64,000 nucleotides of DNA, taken from positions 7,584,001-7,648,000 of the forward strand of contig CM000151.3 in NCBI GenBank assembly GCA_000004695.1, read 5' to 3'. Positions 57,137-64,000 of the stretch are shown here, piece by piece. The DNA comes from Dictyostelium discoideum. Lineage: Eukaryota. Below the pieces are notes generated by a model. That model had not been told where the DNA came from. It was given only the letters and a program-made list of their open reading frames with translations, and did not search any database. The position numbers were made by a program, and so were the translations under genes. Within the stretch, counting starts at the first letter, position 1. The number at the start of each line of letters is the position of its first letter.

Positions 57137-59212
57137 ATGAGCATGAAAAAGTTTATGAATAAAATCTCGAATATGTTTGATGACTATTCTCACCAATCCA
57201 AACAATTACCAAGCCACCACCAAATTCCACAAAATCAACAATCAATGAATTACAATTCTCCAAACCCTGGAGTTTATAATATCCCAAATCAACAACATCC
57301 ACAATATCAACAACAACAACAACAACATCATCAGCAACAACAACAACAACAACAATATCAATACCAAAACCAAAGCCAACCTCCTCCATATGGCAATAGT
57401 TACCAAAATATGAACAAAAACTCACCCCAACCAGGTGTTTATAATAATAATAATAGTAATTCTCCAAAACAACAGCAACAACAATTCTGTTATCCTCCCC
57501 CACCACCAACATCTTCACATTCACAACAATTTACAAACTATTCTAATCATCAAGGATTACCATTACCACCACCTCCATTATCACCACCAATTAATAATAT
57601 AACAAATAATTATCATAATTATCATCACCACCATCATCATTATGATAACAATAATAACAATAATAATAATGGTAATTATCAAATAAACCCATCACAACCA
57701 ATATCACCATTACAACAAACAAATAAATTATCACCAACAATTACTGGTTCAGGTTCAATTTCAAGATATTCACCACCAAATTCAAGAAATAGTAATAATA
57801 ATTATCAACAACCAAAACAAGCTGTTAATCCAATTCCAGGTGCATATGGTGATGGTATTCATGATGATACTCAAGCAGTTTTAAATTATTTTAATACCTT
57901 TCCAACCAATGTTATTAATATACCACCTGGTAATTATTTAATAACTGCTCCATTGATCATTAAAAAGAATAATATTCAATTAATGGGTTCACCAAATGTA
58001 AAGTTTTTAACTAATTTCCCAATTTGGTTAACACCACCACTTTCCGAAGGTTTTATTAATACAGAAGAGTATGTATTCGTATTGACTGGTGATAACATTG
58101 TACTGGACTCAATTAATTGTTCATGTATAACTGCTGGTAGTTTATCATCATCATTTTTATATCTCTGTGGTAACGGTTTCATAATGAGAAATTGTATCAT
58201 TGATAATTTCAATCAAGGTGTTGTATTTGGTATACTAAATGATTGCAGTGGTAAAATTCCACCTGGTAGTCATTTCACAAATATCAAAATCACAGCAAAC
58301 CAAATCACAAATGTAATGGGTATTGCAGGTGGTAGTATATGTTACGGCGATGGTATTTCCTTTTTTGGTTGTTCAAATGTAGTAATCTCAAATAATTTCG
58401 TATCGGCAAAGGATGGATTCACACCTAGAAATGGTATAAACAGTGGTCCTGAAGGTTTCCTACCCTCTACAAACGTTCAAGTCATTAATAATACAATTCG
58501 TGGTGATTGGGATTATTCGTTAACCACTGAGGGTGGCAATCAATGTACAGTTAGTAATAATGATATCCAAGGTAGTTGTATTTGTGGTATCATTGAAAGA
58601 GGTACCGGTATTAAAGTTTCAAATAATACAATTCATATCATTGGAAGAGAGAAAGAAGGTCAAACTGAACCAACCGGAATTCAATTTTATGGTGTAGACA
58701 ATGGTGAAATCTCAAATAACTCCATCATGGGTAGTGCTAAATATGCCATTCTAATTAAACCATCACATGAAAGTGGAGGTGCTTCAAACTCTGTAGTTGA
58801 GAACAATACCATCGATGGCGAATTCTATAATTGTATATTTATGTCAAATGCAAATCAAGCTAAAATCCATGGAAATGTAGTTATGGGTAAAAGTGATGTT
58901 GACTCTTGTGTTGGTCTTCAAGTATGGTATTCCAATGGTTTAGATATTCAAGGTAATAATATAGATTTACCATCAGGTACAGCTTGTATTTGTTCAGGTG
59001 CTAAAAATGTAAATGTCCTCTCAAATACTATGATGACTTCAAGAGCTGGCTTTTATATTTGTCAAGGTAGTGATGATATTTGTATAGAAAATAATGATTT
59101 AATTGGTGTTACTCAAACTAAATTTGATCAATCGTCCGATAATAAATCTGTTACAACTAGTCAAAATTATGGTTTAGATTACAATCCACCATCAAATAAT
59201 TATAATAATTAA
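57137..59212 (+). CDS. protein with a Q/N/P/Y-rich prion-like N-terminal half (PPxY motifs) and a C-terminal right-handed parallel beta-helix (pectate-lyase-superfamily-like) domain, 691 aa
   Basis: N-terminal half: [55 protein letters not shown]. From about residue 225: AYGDGIHDDTQAVLNYFN (as in the GDG-x-DDT-x-A-hq start of Pectate_lyase_3-type domains), then repeated beta-helix rungs (ISNNFVSAKDG, VINNTIRGDWD, VSNNDIQGS, VSNNTIHIIG, ISNNSIMGSAKYAILI, VENNTIDGEFYNCIFMSNANQAKIHGNVVMG, IQGNNIDLPSG, LSNTMMTSRAGFYICQG). No N-terminal signal peptide is visible. Confidence 0.65.
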   Translation: MSMKKFMNKISNMFDDYSHQSKQLPSHHQIPQNQQSMNYNSPNPGVYNIPNQQHPQYQQQQQQHHQQQQQQQQYQYQNQSQPPPYGNSYQNMNKNSPQPGVYNNNNSNSPKQQQQQFCYPPPPPTSSHSQQFTNYSNHQGLPLPPPPLSPPINNITNNYHNYHHHHHHYDNNNNNNNNGNYQINPSQPISPLQQTNKLSPTITGSGSISRYSPPNSRNSNNNYQQPKQAVNPIPGAYGDGIHDDTQAVLNYFNTFPTNVINIPPGNYLITAPLIIKKNNIQLMGSPNVKFLTNFPIWLTPPLSEGFINTEEYVFVLTGDNIVLDSINCSCITAGSLSSSFLYLCGNGFIMRNCIIDNFNQGVVFGILNDCSGKIPPGSHFTNIKITANQITNVMGIAGGSICYGDGISFFGCSNVVISNNFVSAKDGFTPRNGINSGPEGFLPSTNVQVINNTIRGDWDYSLTTEGGNQCTVSNNDIQGSCICGIIERGTGIKVSNNTIHIIGREKEGQTEPTGIQFYGVDNGEISNNSIMGSAKYAILIKPSHESGGASNSVVENNTIDGEFYNCIFMSNANQAKIHGNVVMGKSDVDSCVGLQVWYSNGLDIQGNNIDLPSGTACICSGAKNVNVLSNTMMTSRAGFYICQGSDDICIENNDLIGVTQTKFDQSSDNKSVTTSQNYGLDYNPPSNNYNN

Positions 59213-59320
59213 ATACTATAGTAAAAATTAGAAAATAAAAAAATTAAATCAAACACTAAATTTTTTTTTTTTTTTTGTGAGAAATATATACATAAACAGA
59301 TAAAAGTTTTTATTTTAAAA

Positions 59321-60893
59321 TTAAAAAATTGAAGCTGTTGTTCCGCCACATGTATTTGATGTACATGCTTCATTAAAATTGTTATTATTATTGTTGTTGT
59401 TATTAAAATTATTATTGTTAAATTGAAAATTAAAAAATTGTTGTTGTTGTTGTTGTTGTGGTTGTATTGGATGAAAATTAAAATTTTGTTGTTGTAATGT
59501 TTGATTAAATAATTGATTATTTTGTTGTTGTTGTTGTTGTTGTTGAGGTAATTGTTGTTGTTGTTGTTGTTGTTCAGTATAAGATTTTGACTTTTTTAAT
59601 AAATTAATATTAAAATCACAATTAATAAAACTATTTAAAGTAGAGAGTGGACCATCAATTTGATATTTTGATTCTAAATGTAACCAATTGATATCAGAGA
59701 ACCATTTATGATTTCTAATGGAACAAGAATCAAAAGTACCCAATCTTTTTGAAGGATCAACAGAGAGTAATTGAAAGATGAAATCTTTAATTTCATCAGA
59801 TAAATAAGAGTTTTGAAAAATCAATTGGAAATCAGCCTTTCTATTTAATAAGGATTCCTTTGAATTGGAGAATGGTAATTTACCAGTGACCAACTCATAG
59901 ACTACAACACCCAAAGCCCACCAATCAACTGGTTTACCATGACCATTGCTTGAATTTAAAATTTCAGGTGCCATATAATCAAAGGTACCACAAACTGAGC
60001 TTGTATTCTTACCGCCGACAGTTTTTTTTGAAAAACCAAAGTCTGTCAATTTGATGTGACCCTTTTCATCGATTAATATATTCTCTGGTTTTAAATCACG
60101 GTATATTATATTTTCTGCGTGTAAATATTCAATGGCAAGTACGATTTCCGCAACGATTAATTTGGTAGTTTGTTCAGTGAAACATTTATTTGCACGAAGG
60201 TGATGGAATAAATCTTTTTTACCGGCATATTCCATTATGAAATGAATTTTAGTTGGTGTATTGAATGTGGAATAGGTTTTGACAATGTATGGATGACTGA
60301 TATTGAGCATGATATTGATTTCATTGTTTACATGCTCCTTATGTTTCTCATGGACAATCGTTTCACGACGTAATGTTTTACTACAGAAAAAGAGGCCACT
60401 ACCACGATGTCTACAAAGTTTAGCAGTACCAAATGATCCTGATCCAAGACTACCATAAAAGTTAAAATCGGATATTTTTGTTCTTTTCCAGTCAATATTT
60501 TCAACTGGATCAATTGATCCATCAAGATAAAATGGTGGTGGAATATTAACAATTGGTGATGAACATATTATTGGTTGTTTTGGAATATCATAAAAATTAT
60601 TTAAATTTGGTTGTGTTGTTGAAAATTGTAAACTTTGATTTGTTTGTTGAGAATTTTGTAAAAAATTATTATTTATTATATTATTATTATTATTATTATT
60701 ACTATTATTATTGGAATTATTATTATTTTGTAATTGTTGATTAAAATTATCTTGTGAAAGTGTAAAATTTGGATGAAATGGAATTGATGATGTTGTTGGT
60801 GATGATGGTGATGAATGTGATGGTGTTGAATTTGATGATGGTGCATTATAAAATTGTTGTTGTTGATTATTATTGTTATTATTGTTATTATTG

Positions 60894-60927
<34 letters not shown>

Positions 60928-61122
60928 CATTGTTAATCATATTACAACTATTATTAAGTGAAATATTATTATTACTTAAATCTAATGGTTGCATATACTC
61001 CATTGTTTCGAATGGAACCTCGCATGATAAACCTTTTAGCATTGGTGCTGGTGGTGGAGTATATAATTTATAATTATCATTTATTATAATTTGTGGTGTA
61101 TTAAAATTATTATTATTATTAA

Positions 61123-61191
<69 letters not shown>

Positions 61192-61364
61192 TAATATTAT
61201 TATTAATATTATTATTAATATTATTTAAATTTTTTGTTAGTGTTTCTAATAAGGATTTTATCGTTTTTACCAAAGATTTATTAATCTCACTGGAATTTTG
61301 ATTATAATCAAAAATTGGTTCATTAAATTCCTGTTTTTTTTGGATAAAAAAAAATTGTGGATTT

Positions 61365-61395
<31 letters not shown>

Positions 61396-61619
61396 AAAGG
61401 AACTTGGAAATTAATATTATTTTATTTTTAAAAAAAAAAAAAAAATTAAAAAGTAAAAAAAAAATAAAATAAAATAAAAATTACCCTCATTATTATATCC
61501 ATTAATTGAGTAGCATTGTCACATAGAGAAAGAATGGTACTATTATTGCCATTATTACTATTATTACTATTTAAACTATTATTTGGAATATATTGGTAAT
61601 TATTCAAAATTGCTGACAT
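59321..61619 (-). CDS. AGC-family (PKA-like) Ser/Thr protein kinase with poly-Asn/poly-Gln flanks; 2 exons (61619..61485, 61330..59321), about 714 aa
   Basis: Kinase subdomains: GSLGSGSFGTAKL (G-loop), FFCSKTLRRE (VAIK-equivalent), HPYIVKT, IIYRDLKPENILI, HIKLTDFGFSK, GTFDYMAPEIL, VDWWALGVVVYELVTGKLPF, DPSKRLG. Exon 1 (MSAILNNYQYIPNN...QLMDIIMR) ends at GTAATT (61484). The acceptor ...aaaaaaacag (AG 61332/61331) precedes EFNEPIFDYNQNSSEINKSLVKTIK. Confidence 0.8.
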
Positions 61620-62154
61620 TATTATTTTTTTTTTTTTTTTTATTTATTTATTTGTTTTTATTATTATTTATTTATTTTATTGTTTTTTTATTTTATTTTT
61701 TTATTTATTATTTTATTTTATTATTTATTTTATATTATTTTTTTTATTATTTTTTATAATAAATGTATTTTGTGAATTGATTAAAAAGAAAAAACAAAAT
61801 AAAAAAATTATTTGTTAGAAGTGAAGAAAAAAAATATGAAAAAACAAAAAATATTGCAAGGTCTGATTAAAAAAAAAAAAATTTTTTTGCAAATTTGAAA
61901 TTTTTGAAGATATAAAAAAATAAAAAAATAAAATTAAAAAAAAACCAGATAAAAAAAAAATTGGTTGTTGATATGTTATATATTTTATATTTATTTATGT
62001 TATTTATATTTATTTTTTATTTTATTATTTTTTTAATTTTATTTTATTTTATTTTATATTATTTTTTTTTTTTTTTTTTTGTTTTATAATCAAATTATAT
62101 TTATATTTATAATATGTTTGGAAAAATTAATAGAAAAAAAAACAATGAATTTTA

Positions 62155-62196
<42 letters not shown>

Positions 62197-62308
62197 TTTT
62201 TTTTTTTAATTATTTTTTTTATTTTTTTTTTATATTTTTTTTCATAATCACATGATTCCAATAAGATTGGATTGATGTGTATTTTTTTTTTTATTTTAAT
62301 TTTTTTTT

Positions 62309-62340
<32 letters not shown>

Positions 62341-63078
62341 TTTTTTAAAACAAAATTACAAATTAAAAAAAAAAAAAAATCTGATATCTCTTTTTTTTTC
62401 GTAATTTTGAAAACGATAAACTTTTTATCCGCAATAAACTGCACCATCAAACCCAAACAAACACTTTTTTTTTTTTTTTTTTTTATTTTTTTTTTATTTT
62501 TTTTTTTTTTTTATTTTTTTTGGTGTTAACGGCTAATTGGTGATTAATTATAAATTAGCCCAATAACCTTCAAAAAAAAAATCTCTTTTTTACTTTTTTT
62601 ATGAAAATATTACTATCAAAATTTCGCTTCAAAAGAAATTTGGGGTGTAGTTTGTCAAAAAATAAAAAATGCGCATAAAAACAAAAAACCCCATTAAAAA
62701 TTAAGATATATCACAAATTTTTTTTTTTTATTTTAAAATTTTTTTATTTTAAAATTTTTTTTTTTTTTTTTGGATTGAAAGAAACTCAGGTGATTAAAAA
62801 AAAAAAAAAAAAAGAAAAAAAAAGAAAAAAAAAGAAAAAAAATATTATTTTTATTATTTGCAACCACAAATGTTTTTTTTTTTTCTTTTTTTTTCTTTTT
62901 TTTTTTTTTAATATTTTTTGAACGCTGTTGGCAGGATCCCACCAAAATCAATATTTCTGATGACGATAATAAAAAGATTTGTTAGGGAGGGGTCAAATTA
63001 ATTTAAAATAATTTTTTTTTTTTTTTTTTTTTTTTAGCCATTTTTTATTAAAAATTAAATTTGGTTGTTTTGAAAAAA

Positions 63079-63110
<32 letters not shown>

Positions 63111-64000
63111 AAATAAAAAAATAAAAAAATAAAGAAAAAAAAAAAAAATAAATAAAATAAAATAAAAAAACAGTAAAGAGAATTTTTATTGGGAACCATT
63201 TTTTTCTTTTTTTTTTTTATCATAATAAAAAACAATTTCTAAAAAAAAAAAAAAGATTGAAAAAAAAAATTAAAATCCAAAAAAATATGTATTTTAAAAA
63301 ATATATGTAATATGATAATGACCAACATTAGTAATTTTGATTTAAAAAAGTTATTTTTATAATCAAAACATGAGCAGTAATTTACTCTTTTTTTAATTAT
63401 CATATGATTTAAGAATGTGATTTAGTGGTGGTGTTGAATATAATTCTTAAATTAACTAAAAAGGAATTAAGCCCCTTTATTCTATTGCAAATTTTAAAGG
63501 GGTGGGGCTTTGGTTTTTTTACATTTTTTTAACAAATTTTTTTTTTTTTTTTTTTTTTTAATTTTGGTCATTTTGATTTACCCACTACTATTTTTGTTAA
63601 TAGTAATTTTTTGTGTAACTGTAATATTTTTTTTATTTTTTCCCATTAATGACAGTTGGGGAGTAATTTAAATTTAAAATTAAACAATCAACAACAAAAA
63701 ACAAAAAACAAAAAAAAAAAAAAAAAAGTTAAATAATAATTAATATTAGAAATTTAAATTCAAATTGTGATATTTTTTTTTTTTTTTCATTTTTTTTAAT
63801 TTTAAATTTTTTAATTTTAAATTTGGGTTTAAAAAAAGGTAAAAAAAAAAATTTTTGGTTTTTTCTTGGACCTTAAATGGTTAAAATTCCTTTTCATAAA
63901 ATTAAAGTTTTTAACCGGTAAATTTTTTTAAAAATAATAATTTTTTCCAAAATAAAATTTGCAATTAACAAAAAAAAAAAAAAAAAACATTTTCCAAATA

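Noticed and set aside
60328-61073. Four small ORFs on both strands within the kinase gene
   Set aside because: Alternative or antisense frames dominated by (ATT)n/(CAA)n repeats.
62193-63235. Lys-rich and Phe-rich ORFs in the terminal 2 kb
   Set aside because: Homopolymer translations in intergenic DNA. No coding-like composition was seen between 61620 and 64000.

Overview
This window is AT-rich (about 78% A+T) nuclear DNA with the hallmarks of Dictyostelium discoideum or a close dictyostelid: (AAT)n and (CAA)n tracts encoding poly-Asn and poly-Gln, short AT-rich GTAAGT...AG introns, and long homopolymer runs. It is gene-dense. I can support about 20 protein-coding genes, most with 1-4 short introns that I placed by hand from the six-frame track plus splice-site reading.

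Supported genes, left to right:
- Two tandem small-HSP (alpha-crystallin) paralogs, both with disrupted reading frames.
- A 2-exon hypothetical protein with a GNAT-like C-terminus.
- A tandem pair of large 5-exon type-I membrane proteins with IPT/TIG and EGF-like Cys repeats. Their 3' halves are near-identical and their 5' halves diverged. Gene B carries an extra roughly 8 x 120-bp Cys-repeat array and a decayed first exon.
- An alkylglycerol-monooxygenase (fatty-acid hydroxylase family) ortholog.
- CHMP7, TRAPPC3/Bet3, a CH-IQ-DH-PH RacGEF, a universal stress protein and a GATA zinc-finger factor.
- A small TM protein and a 1462-aa orphan protein.
- Phe-tRNA synthetase beta, a SKI2 helicase and a zinc-ribbon/polyQ protein.
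- Mitochondrial Lon protease (5' end unresolved), an ATP-synthase subunit d-like protein, a prion-like/pectate-lyase beta-helix protein and an AGC-type kinase.

Non-coding highlights are a 105-nt GC-rich island at 584-690 with a DUSE-like upstream box (candidate pol III/snRNA-type ncRNA), many microsatellites, A61 and A90 homopolymers, and a tandem segmental duplication of about 4.4-4.9 kb units. No CRISPR, rRNA or clear tRNA was seen.

All functional calls rest on remembered family motifs, not database searches.
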